Shown here piece after piece: positions 25,456-37,895 of a stretch of 64,000 bases of DNA. The translations under genes were made by a program, and so were the position numbers. The notes under the pieces were generated by a model. It saw only the letters and a program-made list of their open reading frames with translations, did no database searches and was not told the origin of the DNA. The stretch comes from Oopsacas minuta. Lineage: Eukaryota; Animalia; Porifera. Location: contig JAKMXF010000297.1 in NCBI GenBank assembly GCA_024704765.1, positions 473,285 to 537,284 on the forward strand, given 5' to 3'. How positions within the stretch are numbered: position 1 is the stretch's first letter; the number at the start of each line of letters is the position of its first letter.

Positions 25456-25790
25456 TATACGGTAAAATTAATTTCGAGCCAGAGAAATCATGTGAGTCTT
25501 CAATTGAATTCTCAAACTTGTAATTACCTATTAGCAATAACTTCGGATAAGAAAAGGTAGGATAGAAACAGTTCTGGGTCATTTTCTACTCAATAAACAC
25601 TGATTAGTCGTTGGAGTAAATGAAATTGGAATTAGCATTTATATTCATGACTAACCCTGGCAACGAGTTGAAACGATTTTCTGAAATGATTGATCATCCA
25701 CAGTACATACACTAGAGTTCGTTGGCAACTCGCTTAATATCAATATTTGTCTATTAGCGACTGTTTGAGAACCAAAATCCATAGGTTTTA

Positions 25791-25905
25791 ACCAGGAACG
25801 TCGCCACGGGGGGCACAGGGAGGCAATGTCCCCCTGGTAAACTCGTGCCTCCCCTGGGAATTTCTTTGCCCCCCTTAGATGAAAAATCCTGGCGACGTCC
25901 CTGGT
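25791..25905. mobile_element. 115-bp GC-rich MITE
   Basis: TIR accagg(a/g)acgtcgcca with one mismatch; TTTA on both sides (4-6 bp duplication, boundary ambiguous). Confidence 0.8.
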
Positions 25906-26045
25906 TTTAACATGTTGTCAAGGGTAATTGGGTACATAGAATCAGTTAATGAGATTTTCCGTGTATGAAATTTAGAATAAGATATATAGTGGGATTTGCT
26001 TAATCTTTAGCATCATTTCGAAATGTACATTGAATGGAGGAAATA

Positions 26046-26221
26046 CAGTTAACACCCGGTACTCGAATCCTCAAGGGGAAATCAACTTAAGTCCGAGATA
26101 ACGGAAGCGAGTTAACTAATGCGATGCGATAATTACTAAAAGTACTATGAAGGGAAGTGAATATTCGTTCCAGATAACGAAAGTTGGAGTTAGCCGCATT
26201 CGAGTTACCGATTGTTGACTG
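26046..26221. mobile_element. pogo/Tc1-like MITE
   Basis: TA-flanked, TIR cagttaacacccggtactcga / cagtcaacaatcggtaactcga; related copy at 62963-63087. Confidence 0.7.
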
Positions 26222-26338
26222 TATAATCTCTAAAAAGGTGTGAAATTTTAATCAAACTAAGTCAGTCAATCCTCGACAAATAATAAGTGTAAGCAACGAT
26301 ACACAAGTTTGTTGAATTCAAGAATGTTCTAATTGTAG

Positions 26339-29300
26339 ATGAGCACATTATCTCCAGCTGACAAAGAGCTCGACATTTCAGAAACTGTGGTGAATGAGGG
26401 AGAAGATGTACAACCCTCTAATCCTGTTGCCTGCAAATACCACAATAAGTTGTTCTTATTACCTGATGAGAGTATTCCAGAAGATAATTCAACATCCATA
26501 GAAAATGTTGGGTTAAGTGAGTAAAACAACAAAACAATAACAATAACAATGTCAACAATTATTTTTGACTCTTTATCTTACAGACAATGGAGATTTTTAT
26601 CGACAATCGAGATGTAGATTAGAATTAGGTTTGTACTTGATTCTAAAATACAAAAAAAACAAAAGGAAATTGATTATAATTAGCTCATTCATACATTCTA
26701 ATACGCTAAGGCAATGAAACCAACTTTTGTTCTTGGACCAGGGATTGGTTAAACGAGTTTGGGATTATTATGCTAGAGTGTATATCTCAGAAACAATGCA
26801 CTTTGGACCGAATGAATGCATTACATACTTGTAGAAATACATGGTATCATTCCATAAAAGCACAAATTTTGTCAAAATATGTATGCAAAATTATATTTTG
26901 TAGTAATTAATTCAGCGAATTATCAACAAATGCTCCATCTTTGAAACTGTGTAGAACGTTAAATATGGATATTTGATTAAAATATTGAAATACGAAATGT
27001 TCTAAAATCGTTTCCACACAAATCTTGTCATGATAGAGTTAGCCAGTTTCTGAGTTATAGTACATACCATGGATAGTAATGTTTTGCCAATATCCACTTA
27101 TAACTCGATAAGGGGCGCATTCACTAGTCAGAATTTCGAAGTTGTCATTAGTCAGAATATCCTTAGTTGTCACAAGTAAGAATCGATCTTCAGACTGTTG
27201 TCACAAGTTTAAAAACAAAAGCTCCATCGATCCGCCATTTTGCAAACTTTTCTAATAATTAGTCCAACCTAAGTCTATCCAAACACAAAATTAACATGAA
27301 GTCTACATCTCCGCCCCTAGGTAGCTTAATAACGAGTACAAATGAAATTCCCAGATCCATAAGGTAGTAAACTAAATCCCTAATCCCCTCCCAATGGTAC
27401 GGGATTATAATTAATACAATAAAAATTTTTTGCTCCGCCTCGTTTTGCCACGTGACATGTCGGAAAAGTAGATTCTGACTTGTGACAACAATCTGAAAAT
27501 CGATTCTGACTTGTGACAACTAAGGATATTCTGACTAATGACAACTTCGAAATTCTGACTAGCGCAACTTCCCCCTCGATAATCATGGAAATTATTGTAA
27601 AATCAGGATAGCCATTATGGTATATATCAGACTCTCATGCCCTGATAATACATTTTGATATGATAACTCTTACCAATGTGACGTAATCGTGAATATTCCC
27701 ATATATGGTCATTTTCAATATTTCGCAATAATCTTCAGAGATATCATGTCAAAATGCATTATTAGTGTATGAGAAGTCTGATATATATTATAATGGCTAT
27801 CCTGATTTTATAATAATTTCCATGATTATCGAGTTATAAGTGGATATTGGCAAAACATTGCTATCCATGGTATTGTACTATAACTCAGAAACTTGCAAAC
27901 TTTATCATGACAAAAATTTGTGTGGAAACGATTTTAGAGCATTTCCAACTTCAACATTTTAATCAATTATCAATATTTACCGTTCTACATAGTTTAGATG
28001 GAGCTTTTTTGATAATTCGCTGAATTATTTACTACAAAATATAATTTTACATACATATTTTGACAAAATTTGTGCTTTTATGGAATGATAACATGTATTT
28101 CTACAAGTATGTACAAGTACGTAATACATTCATTCGGCCCAAAGTCCATTGTTTCTGAGATATACACTTCATCATAATAATCCCAAACGTTTAACCAATC
28201 CCTGGTCCAAGGATAAAGTTTGTGTCATTGCCTTAGTCGATTAAAATGCTATGGCTCATTCATTTTGCAGGTTCTATTACAGAAAAGGATATAAAATCTG
28301 TTGAAAACGTAGAATCGGGAAAAGCAAACGGGGATATAGCATTTCGATCTGATTCGAACACATTACAGATGGAAAATTCATTGATCGATCCCTCGAAAGA
28401 TGTAAAGAAACAAGTAAGTTGACAATTACAATATTAACAACAATAACAAACAAATGATATTTATCATTCGATAGATTTCATTGGTGTGGGATAACATCAA
28501 TGTATCTGTGAAAGTAAGACCTAACCCAATCAAATTGCTTGCTTCCAAATGTTTGAAGAAAGAGGTTATCGGGGTTACTGAAATCCCAATTTTGAGAAGG
28601 GTTAGTGGTTCTGTCAACCCAGGAAACTTATTAGCTATACTTGGATCATCTGGTGCAGGTATGTGTATATATTCGATATTGTATGCGATTCAACTTCCAT
28701 TGTTAAACTAATAACGAGCGCTGTTTGCTTGCTCGGCGCGGCTTGCGAAGAATTTGTGTTTGCATGGAACTCAGCACTGTTTTTAGGGACAACAATTATT
28801 TACATATGAGTAACTTGTAAGTGCGAATTTCGGGATCAGCGTACTTAGTTACTTACCCACATTGTATCCATTGAGAGCGAGCGCAGTCTCTACCAATATT
28901 TTGAGATTTCGTCAATGTTTACTTTACATTCATAAAACAACAATAGATTTACGAATGTAATATTATTATGGCAACAAAATTCAATTGACCCAATTAGCGA
29001 ATCTCCTCCTCAAAATTGAACTTATTTGATTAATTTTCATAGAATGGTTGAACTTGGCGCTGAAGGGCACATGATTAATGTCATTCGAGTATCTAGCTAT
29101 AGAACTTCACTGGTAAACCTTGTATATGCACGTATTCCATATTTCAGCATTTGTAACATACGAGTACGTATTTTAATTTCATGTTTCATATCATTATTCT
29201 TCACGTCATAACCTCATAGGTAAAACAACATTTCTGAACTTTCTAACACATAAAGCATTGAGTGTACGGACATTCAAAGTAGCTGGTGAAGTGTTCATTA

Positions 29301-32300
29301 ATGGAGAGAACTGCAGTAGGTTTGAATTAGCTCAAATTTCAGCTTATGTGCAACAAGAAGATATATTTATTGGAACTATAACTGTGAAAGAACATTTGAT
29401 ATTTAACGCTTTGTTGAGGATGGGAAATAAGGTATGTAATGGAAGCAGGTTATAAGAATCATATCTTAATAAAACATGATATAACATATACAGTCAAGAG
29501 TGCGCGTAATGCGGGTCGCTGGGACCTCAGAAATTTATATGGATTAGCCGCACTCTGGATTACACGCACTTGACCTTAAAATGTTAATAGAGATTACTAC
29601 TGTTTAAAAGGCTTCAAATTAAGTCTCTAAAGAATAAATAGTACTATTGTCTTATGGTCTGTATTTCAATTAGTTTCCTATTGAAAAATTCATAAATCAT
29701 AGGGATATCAACAATCCTTAAAATGTATTTTTTGGATAGAAGGACATTTTGTTCTATCCCCGATTGTTCTTATAAATCTGGTATCCACTACAATACGTAT
29801 ACCGTATTTATATAATTAAAGGATTTAGTATAAATTTTGTATTGTTATAGTTTTCCTACAAAGAAAAGTTAGAGAGAGTCAAGCAAGTAATACATGTTAT
29901 GGGATTAAACAAATGTAAAAATAATACAATAGGGCTACCAGGGTATACCAAGGCGATATCTGGTGAGTATTTTTTAGGATAGGATTGTATTACGGGTGTC
30001 AAATCCATTTCCGTGGGGTTTCCAATATTGTCTCACGATTTTTAAGTTTGACGAACTCTTAGACATCGAAGCATCCCACAAACGGATGAAATTACAGGCG
30101 TCATCGCGTCACACATCGTCCTTGCCATTAGGGAATCTCCATATATGAGCTTTAATACAGAATATGAATTAAGAAAGTGTTCATATTATAAGATTCTTTT
30201 GCTACATCTAGGTGGTGAAAAGAAGAGACTTTCATTTGCCACAGAGCTACTCAACAACCCAATGCTACTGCTGGCGGATGAACCCACCTCAGGTCTAGAC
30301 TCATATCTAGCTAGTACAGTAGTTGGGTGTCTGAAAACACTGGCAAAGTACGGGAGGACTATTATGTGTACAATACACCAGCCTTCTTCAGAGGTGTTCT
30401 CTCATTTCACTCATGTAAGTTATAGACCACTAATATATGTATCATTTGTAATTAATTTATTGTAATCTGTACAGGTGATGATTCTATCACAAGGTAGAGT
30501 GGCATATCTTGGAGAGAGGGAGGGAATGGTAGCCTACTTCTCCAAACTGAACTTTATGTGTCCGAAAAACTACAACCCAGCTGATTACGTAATTAATATA
30601 CTCTCTGTCATTCCTGGCAAGGAAAATGTCTGCAAGGAACGAGTGAGTAATTTTGTTTAGCCTTTGAACTGCCAGAACGTTATACGTACGTATATATTCA
30701 CTGGTATATCAATGCCTTGATTCCTACTATACGACATTCAATATAGTGCTTATTTTTAGATAGAGACCGTATGTAACCAGCATTCCTTACAATATCAGCA
30801 CACAGAATCAAAATCTGTGACAAATAACGTAAATAATTCCAGACCTTGGTACAAACCGATGAAATTTACAGCTCCTTTTTGGACACAATTTTTAGTCGTT
30901 TTCTGGCGAGAACTCAGGGCCACTTTGAGAAACAAGCCACTTATTGTTGTGAGATTCTTACAACAGTTTTTTCAAGGTAGGTTTGTCTCACTCTTAGTTG
31001 TAATTACGTCACGTATATATTAAATTGTCCATCAATATTTAGCGTGCTTATCATACTGTGATAAGTGAGGCTGTTGAGTATTGATACCTAAGTTTAGAGC
31101 ATTAATCGCTTCTCATTTTTTGAGCGCACTCCCGCTTCGCGCTCCAATTGCGGTCCTTCATTCCTCCAGATTTATATTAGATTTGTATTATAGATAATCG
31201 AATTGAATTGCCCATTGTACAATCGGGAAATTGCTAAATGTGCAACGTCATACCAGTTTCAACAAATACGTATATTGTTGTGAATTATGAAGAAACGTCC
31301 CAGCAACTACTCTTTATAGCAACATTACTGAATTTTAAGCATAATAACGATGAAATTTATGAATTGTTTGCAATCGAAAAGGAGCGTCGCTCCTCCTTCC
31401 GCTCCTGATTCACAATTGGGTACAATATAAACATGTGTAGTTGGATCGGCATATCAGTAATGAGTCACAATAATATTGGATAAACTATGCACTACATACT
31501 GTATTAGTGTATAATTTGTTACATTTTCTAATTTCCTAATTTCCTAGCTACTATTATATGGTACATAAGTAATTATATAAATTTTCTAGGTTTATTATTC
31601 GGGATAGTTTACTGGCAGATACCAGATACATATGCTCGTATACAGAACGTTGCAGGTCTACTATTCCTATCGATCATTGGTCAATCAATTGGGAACGTAA
31701 TGGCTGTAGTTCATACATTTCCAGGGCAATTACCAGTATTTTGGAAAGAGTACTTTTCAGGAATGTACAGAATTTGGGTGTATTTCTTAACAAAGACTTT
31801 AGCAGAACTCCCATTTTTCATATTCCTCCCGATTTTCTTTGCATTAGTGGTATATTTCTTTGCAGGTTTAAGTGTGGATGCAGGTAAATTCTTCATATTC
31901 TATTTCATCCTAGTGCTTGCTGGTAACGCTTCCTTGTCTCTTGGCTACTTTATCAGTACGGTGTCCCCGACCATTGCTATCGCCCTTGCTATAGCACCGC
32001 TCCTAATAATCCCATTTATGATATTTGGAGGTTTATTTGCTCAATCAGGCAGTCTTCTTTCCTGGCTAACCTGGATAGAATACATTTCCTGGTTCAAATA
32101 CGGTTTCGAGGGATTGATGGTTAATGAATGGGTTGGATATAAGTTCTCTAACGACACTATAAATGCATGTTTGAACAGTACTATGAATGCTTGCTTCAAA
32201 ACAGGTGAAGATGTTTTGGGGTTTTATAATTTGAATGCTGATAATTTCTGGTTAGATGTCGGAGCAATTTTTGTTATTCTTATTGTATTAAGAGTGATAG

Positions 32301-32347
32301 CTTTTGTTGCACTGATGATACATACCTTGATTCGTGCTTATGTATAG
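26339..32347 (+). CDS. White-type ABCG half transporter, 10 exons, about 739 aa
   Basis: Exons 26339-26516, 26584-26628, 28271-28413, 28475-28658, 29220-29431, 29851-29962, 30212-30414, 30475-30642, 30760-30976, 31590-32347, all phases consistent (2220 nt). Walker [45 protein letters not shown]-terminal TM domain with [15 protein letters not shown]. Confidence 0.93.
26693..28253. mobile_element. Long-TIR (MULE/foldback-like) element in intron 2 of the ABCG gene
   Basis: Arms 26693-~27640 (minus the nested insert) and ~27770-28253 are inverted copies over about 470 bp; direct repeat gctcattcat at 26683-26692 and 28254-28263. Confidence 0.85.
27112..27574. mobile_element. Nested 463-bp MITE with 8-bp TSD
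   Basis: TSD ctcgataa (27104-27111, 27575-27582); GGGG...CCCC ends; ~95-bp TIRs built of agtcagaat/gttgtcac repeats; the empty site is preserved in the opposite arm of the host (27810-27840). Confidence 0.9.
28715..29210 (-). mobile_element. Helitron-like element, 3' portion
   Basis: 3' end CTCG|T at 28715 with GC hairpins; internal subrepeats shared with 1532-2211; 5' boundary approximate. Confidence 0.55.
31074..31420. mobile_element. Diverged copy of the GAGCG-rich hAT-like MITE family
   Basis: agagcattaatcgcttctcattttttgagcg matches the reverse complement of the right end of 62127-62522; right boundary approximate. Confidence 0.55.
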
Positions 32348-33093
32348 ATGTTGTTTTAACTGGTTGTAAGGTAGTCTGTAGTAATGAGTAATACTATATA
32401 GTTAGATATGGTTGTTAGTTATCTATATTATTAAATATCAATTGTTGTTGGTTAGTTAGTTTGTCTTTTGTTCGTTGTTAATAATTATAAGGATAATGGG
32501 TAACGTGTATATTGTGCAGCTCCTATAGGGAGATTACCTAATTGTATGGACGATGTGCGGTTGTGTGAAATCTAGAAGAATGATATACTTGAATATTGGT
32601 ACACATATATATTTTGGGTCGGAGATTCGAATGGCACCTGGGTATACATTTTTAAAGCCTGAAAATTAAAAGTGACAGGTTTATCATATGAATAATCGAT
32701 CCACACCATTTTTCACGTATTCCAAATTGATGCTAGAAAATTTGTTTCAATGGCAAGCCAGGGGTAATTAAGTATGTAGATTCTAATTTTGACGTTATAG
32801 AACTTATATCTATATGATTTATCATATGACTAATCATTTTTCACACTTTTGTGTATATATTTGAACAGCTAGTTAGTGGTTTGAATATAAAGTTCTAATT
32901 TTAGCATTCTGAATTTTAAGGAAGTACAGAGACATTTGTTTACAAGACAAGTGAGACATTTGTATACATATTTCCTGGGTAAATACTTAGAAATCAGTCT
33001 AAAGTTACAGCTCACTTTAATTCGGCGAACTGCACACCAGTAGAATCTTTCATTTGCGATAATATATAGAAGTTCTCTTCTTGTACACATATA

Positions 33094-33193
33094 CAGTCAA
33101 CATCCGTTATCTCCAACCCTCAGAGAAATCAAATTCTGTTCGAGGTAACGAATATTCGAGTTAACCGGCATTCGAGATAGCGGATGCTGACTG
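33094..33193. mobile_element. pogo/Tc1-like MITE
   Basis: TA|cagtcaacatccgttatctc...gagatagcggatgctgactg|TA. Confidence 0.8.
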
Positions 33194-35136
33194 TAGTACA
33201 ATTATTTTGTCTATTTAGTAAAAATATGCTTATACATTTTCAGAGAAAATTCAAGAAAGACTCAAGAAAGATTCAAGTTTGAATTGAACCCTGAGTCCAA
33301 ATTAAGAATATTCCAGATCTACTCAACTTTCCAGGCAATTTCAAATTCATTTTTACTATTGATTCTATTTATTAAAAGGGTTTGTCTAACGGGATTTTGT
33401 ATGGTGCCTTCAAGCAAGGTTTTCTGAGCTTCACGAATACTCATCCAATTCCATGGACAAACGCTCAAAAATAGACTAACAGTTCCGTTTCGGGAAGGCC
33501 AGGGCAATTAATACTTCCGATGATGTATTTGCCAGTAAAGATAAATCCTTTCTGTATTTACGAGGGTAGTTTCACGATTGAGAGACGAGATCAGTCCATT
33601 AGTGTTGAATGAATGTATCCCCGAATATCGATAAATAATTCAGTTGAATTCAGAATGTATTAATTAGAGTTTAGGAATAAATAAAATATAAGGGACGTAA
33701 ACTGGACTGAGAAGCAATCCTAAGTATTTACATTTTACAATCATGAGCGAAGCTGTATCAACTCATTGTGAATTTTCAACAACTAATTTTTGAATGAGTT
33801 ACACGATATGAAAATGAGTTGTTGATAACAATTCATGTGATTAGTTACATGTACACATATTTGGATGGTGAATTCATAGAATTCATACACAAACACTTGA
33901 CATAGTAACTGCAATATGCTTGAATATTGTGTTTCTGCGTGGATCATTCTCTTAGTCCAAATTGTAACTTAGAAGAACCTATAATACTTGTAAATTGAAT
34001 AGATGGATCTTAATCTTTGCATAGTATACAGAAATCTGTAGACAAATGTCGCACTTGTCTTATACATAAATGTCTCTGTACGCAAGTGTCTCTGTCCGAA
34101 TTTTGTATAGTTACATGATTCATCGATTTATGATATTTTCGCAGCTTTTTCATATATTTAAAATGATAGTAGAAAATCCGTTTCAACTGCTAGTCAGTAA
34201 ATATCATATTTTAATTTTGTATCTACATTATTTATCATATGATTACTCAAATATTCATCCTTTCAGTCTTATATTTTAATTGATTAAATAATTTGTTTCT
34301 AACGACTAATCATTGTGTATCAGGTTGAAACATGACCAAAGGTCCGAGCTGCACTCCCAGCCCAGTCTGTTGACTGGACAATTTTATACACTTCTAGGGA
34401 TTTTGAGTTAGCATAGATGCTAGTATGTATGTTGAAAATATAGTTGTTAAAATTGAGGAGGCAGCGATGAATTGTCTCAGCCCCCTTCTGAATATCAAAT
34501 AATTTCCTTGACAACGGACAATCAGACTAACAGACAACAATTTGATTTAATAAAATCTCAAATCAGCGTCTGTGGCGACTTAAATTTCACCAAATTAATT
34601 CCAGTGGATTATTGTAATTATATTATTCTAATAAATAGTAAATAACCATTTTAGTAAAGAGAATTCAAATTGTGAGTAAATAATCCTGTTATACAGTTAA
34701 GAGTGTCAGAATCGAATTCTATGGCACATTTTACCATTAATTAGCAGATAGATGCTAACCTCGAGGACAATTTTAAATATGATAACAAGGTGTGAAAATA
34801 TGATCAATCATATGCTTAATGAGTGTATACGTATACATCAAAATCTCAAAATCAGCGTAAGTGCCGACTTAAATTTCACCAAATGCATTTTCAGTGGATT
34901 ATGATAACTATATAATTCTATTAATATCCATTTTATTCATTTTAGCAAAGAAAGAGAAAATTGAATTTTACTAATATTGTTAGACATTTATGATGTCACT
35001 ATGAGTATACATGCCAAATGTGGTGTCTTTGTCTCTAAAGGTGTGAACAGCAGAGCAAAAAGCACAGTAATAAAGAGTTAAATAAAATTAATAAATACAG
35101 AAATCTGCTAAATTGAATTACTACCAAATATATGAA

Positions 35137-36243
35137 TTATATAAAATTGGGATTCAACTTTCCTATTCCTTCACACACAATGAAACAAGGATACTTCTTA
35201 CAATCAGGCTTAGCTGGATCAACCGGTTTAATCTCAAACTTAGCTCCCAACATTTTCTCAGCGATATAAACAGCTGTCTCTGTATGTAGTGTGATAGGAC
35301 CACACCTCACTACAGATTTGCCCTCTGCTAGTGCCATTAAGAGTATCAGCTGGTCTTGTGTCCATTTATCCACACAAGCTTTATGCTCTAAACTATCTAA
35401 CAACTCCAAAGCTGCTTTCTCTCCAGTCCCCTCAGGTAGTTCACTAGGACTACCTAGACTGGATCCTCCTATATAACAACCTGTACTGGTTACAGCACAT
35501 AGAACTAGACCGCTTGCTGTGTCCATGGCATGAGGGTGCTGCTGTCTGTTAATAGTAAGCTTAACGCCAGGGAGGGATTTGGTTAACAAGGCTTCAGCAG
35601 CATCAGTCATAGTGTGTAGAACTTTGGGTGGACATCTTCCAGCAACAAATGATACTCCTGTTATCTCTAGGACTTCTCCCATCTCCTGGAGAGACACGCA
35701 GTTCAGCTTTTTAACAGGCTCTATATCCACTTTAACCTCACCTCCTCCCTTAGGGAAGAAACCTCTTTTTTTTATCGTTATATCGAAATTAATCCCAAAT
35801 ATCTTGGAGATAGGACATAGCACTAAATGTGTGTGATCAACTTGTGGTGCAAAGCTAGCATTAGTCCCTCCCTTCAAAATAACACTACTGATCTTACTGG
35901 CATACAGCAGACAAGGCAATGCAATCTGCAGCAATAACATCACGCTACCTGCACTCTTCACATCTGAGTAAAAGTCCCCTCCTATTATTGATTCTGGATT
36001 CAGAACAATTTCCTGTGACAATAACTCAGCTCCTTCTAGACGTCCACAGGAAATCTGCTCAGCTAGTCTTATCCCCATCAAATGTTGTCTCTGGAGACCA
36101 GGCTTAGTTCTGCCACCTCGAATTTTCTTGACTCTAATCGGAATTCTGCAAATACAAGCACAGGAAACTGAATTTCTTAAAATCTGACCTCCCCCCTCCA
36201 TTAAACTTCCGTCTATTACCGTAAGCAAGCTCTTTGTTGCCAT
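35137..36243 (-). CDS. RTCA: RNA 3'-terminal phosphate cyclase, single exon, 368 aa
   Basis: IDGSLMEGGGQILR, IRGGRTKPGLQRQHL, GGTNASFAPQVD, RGFFPKGGGEV, QDQLILLMALA and the adenylated-His motif ITLHTETA, which distinguishes RtcA from RCL1. Confidence 0.95.
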   Translation of the reverse strand: MATKSLLTVIDGSLMEGGGQILRNSVSCACICRIPIRVKKIRGGRTKPGLQRQHLMGIRLAEQISCGRLEGAELLSQEIVLNPESIIGGDFYSDVKSAGSVMLLLQIALPCLLYASKISSVILKGGTNASFAPQVDHTHLVLCPISKIFGINFDITIKKRGFFPKGGGEVKVDIEPVKKLNCVSLQEMGEVLEITGVSFVAGRCPPKVLHTMTDAAEALLTKSLPGVKLTINRQQHPHAMDTASGLVLCAVTSTGCYIGGSSLGSPSELPEGTGEKAALELLDSLEHKACVDKWTQDQLILLMALAEGKSVVRCGPITLHTETAVYIAEKMLGAKFEIKPVDPAKPDCKKYPCFIVCEGIGKLNPNFI

Positions 36244-36633
36244 AAATGGTATAATTATGCTAATATTTGATTAAAAATACTGTAAACATAGCAAAATCCT
36301 ACTATTATATGGGATTTCAACAAAGTGAAGAAAGTGAGCGTTTTTTTAGATATAATTTTAAAGATTTTCAATTTTGAACAGAATGTTGTTATTTACTAGT
36401 AAAATACGATTAGTTTTCCTTGTGTAAATGTTTACCATAACCAGTCAAGCTGCTGGAAATGTACCAAACCAAGCATATGTGAGTTTTGATTAGCCGATTT
36501 AATGGTACATTAAGGTTGCAAAAGTTAGTACAAGTAAATATATTAATAATTAATTGCAATGGAATTGGTCTAGTTTAAATCGTTAGTAATTGCAATTTAC
36601 TCTCACAAATATCAATTCAAGACAAGAAAACTA

Positions 36634-36786
36634 CAGTAGAACTCAGATAAGACGTACCCCCTCGGGAAACAGAAATTAGTACGTCTTAACCGAGTGTACG
36701 TCTCATCCGAATATGTTTGCATTACAAATAATGATGACTGATATTTTGGGATATAAGAAATAGTACGTCTTATCCGAGTTCTACTG
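36634..36786. mobile_element. pogo/Tc1-like MITE
   Basis: 24-bp TIR cagtagaactc(a/g)gataagacgtac, TA flanks. Confidence 0.85.
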
Positions 36787-36911
36787 TAGTTAAAAGTACA
36801 ATGAAATATTATAGTGATTACTATATCTACCTAATATATTTTGTGACATGCAACAATGTGGTGATACGGTGATACACCATTGATATGCCAATACATAAAC
36901 CTATGACAATA

Positions 36912-37098
36912 CAGTGGTTTTTGCTTATAAGAACACTCCTTGGGAGTTGGGAGTAGTAAATATGTTCTTAGAAGTTTATACCGGCTGTAGGAACCTATAT
37001 ATTCCTACAGCCGGTATAAATTTATATTAAATTAAGAATGGTTCTTATATCCGATATTTCTTACGAATAACCGGTGCCCTTATAAGCAATATCCACTG
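36912..37098. mobile_element. pogo/Tc1-like MITE containing a perfect 19-bp hairpin
   Basis: TIR cagtgg(tt/at)(t/a)ttgcttataag, TA flanks; hairpin at 36975-37020. Confidence 0.8.
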
Positions 37099-37895
37099 TA
37101 TTCAAAACGGGAAAATGCGCTAATTAATCTAATCAAATATGGATAAATCCTATCAGATCACTCCCATCTAAGGCAACATTTACAACATTGTTGCACAAGG
37201 AGTATTAAATAACCACGAGTAACAGATGCATTTATCTCACTAAATAATACTGCAAATTAAAATTTGCAAAATTCAAAGAATGATTGTAAGATGAAATAAT
37301 ATATACAGAGCACTATTATCGTCCATATTAGTGGTAAGTTTAATGCAATATATAATATGAGGGTTTGTGTATTTTGTTTTTGGTTTCTTGTTAATGAAAA
37401 TTTTGTTTCGATTAATTGATCATGCCTCCTAATTGTGGTTATGTGTTTTTCAAGCTTTTAATGTGGACTTGAGCTTTTATATCGTATTCAATAGTTGTTA
37501 ATTATTGTGTATCATAAACGTTGTTGTTAAGATCATTGTCTAATAACCTGCTGCACTTGGTTGGAATCCCACGCCTGCATTTACTTTTTCGATTGTAGAT
37601 TCCCCGAATTGAATAACTTAACTTGATTCTTCCAATATTCCGTGATTCCAATATACGTAACACTAATATTAATATGAGCAAAAACTGTGCTCAGTAGAGC
37701 TGAGTATCAGGGCTCCCAATTAGTTGTGACTCTTCTCTGACTGATTAAGATATACTGGGTCAAATATCTTTCTCTTATTTATGCACAGTAATATGAAAAA
37801 TGATCTGTTATTCAATTCAAAACTGCATAGTTTTTTTAATTGAACCAACAAGCGCTTTCTATACATATTATCTCTTGTAAGACTACTCAATCTAA

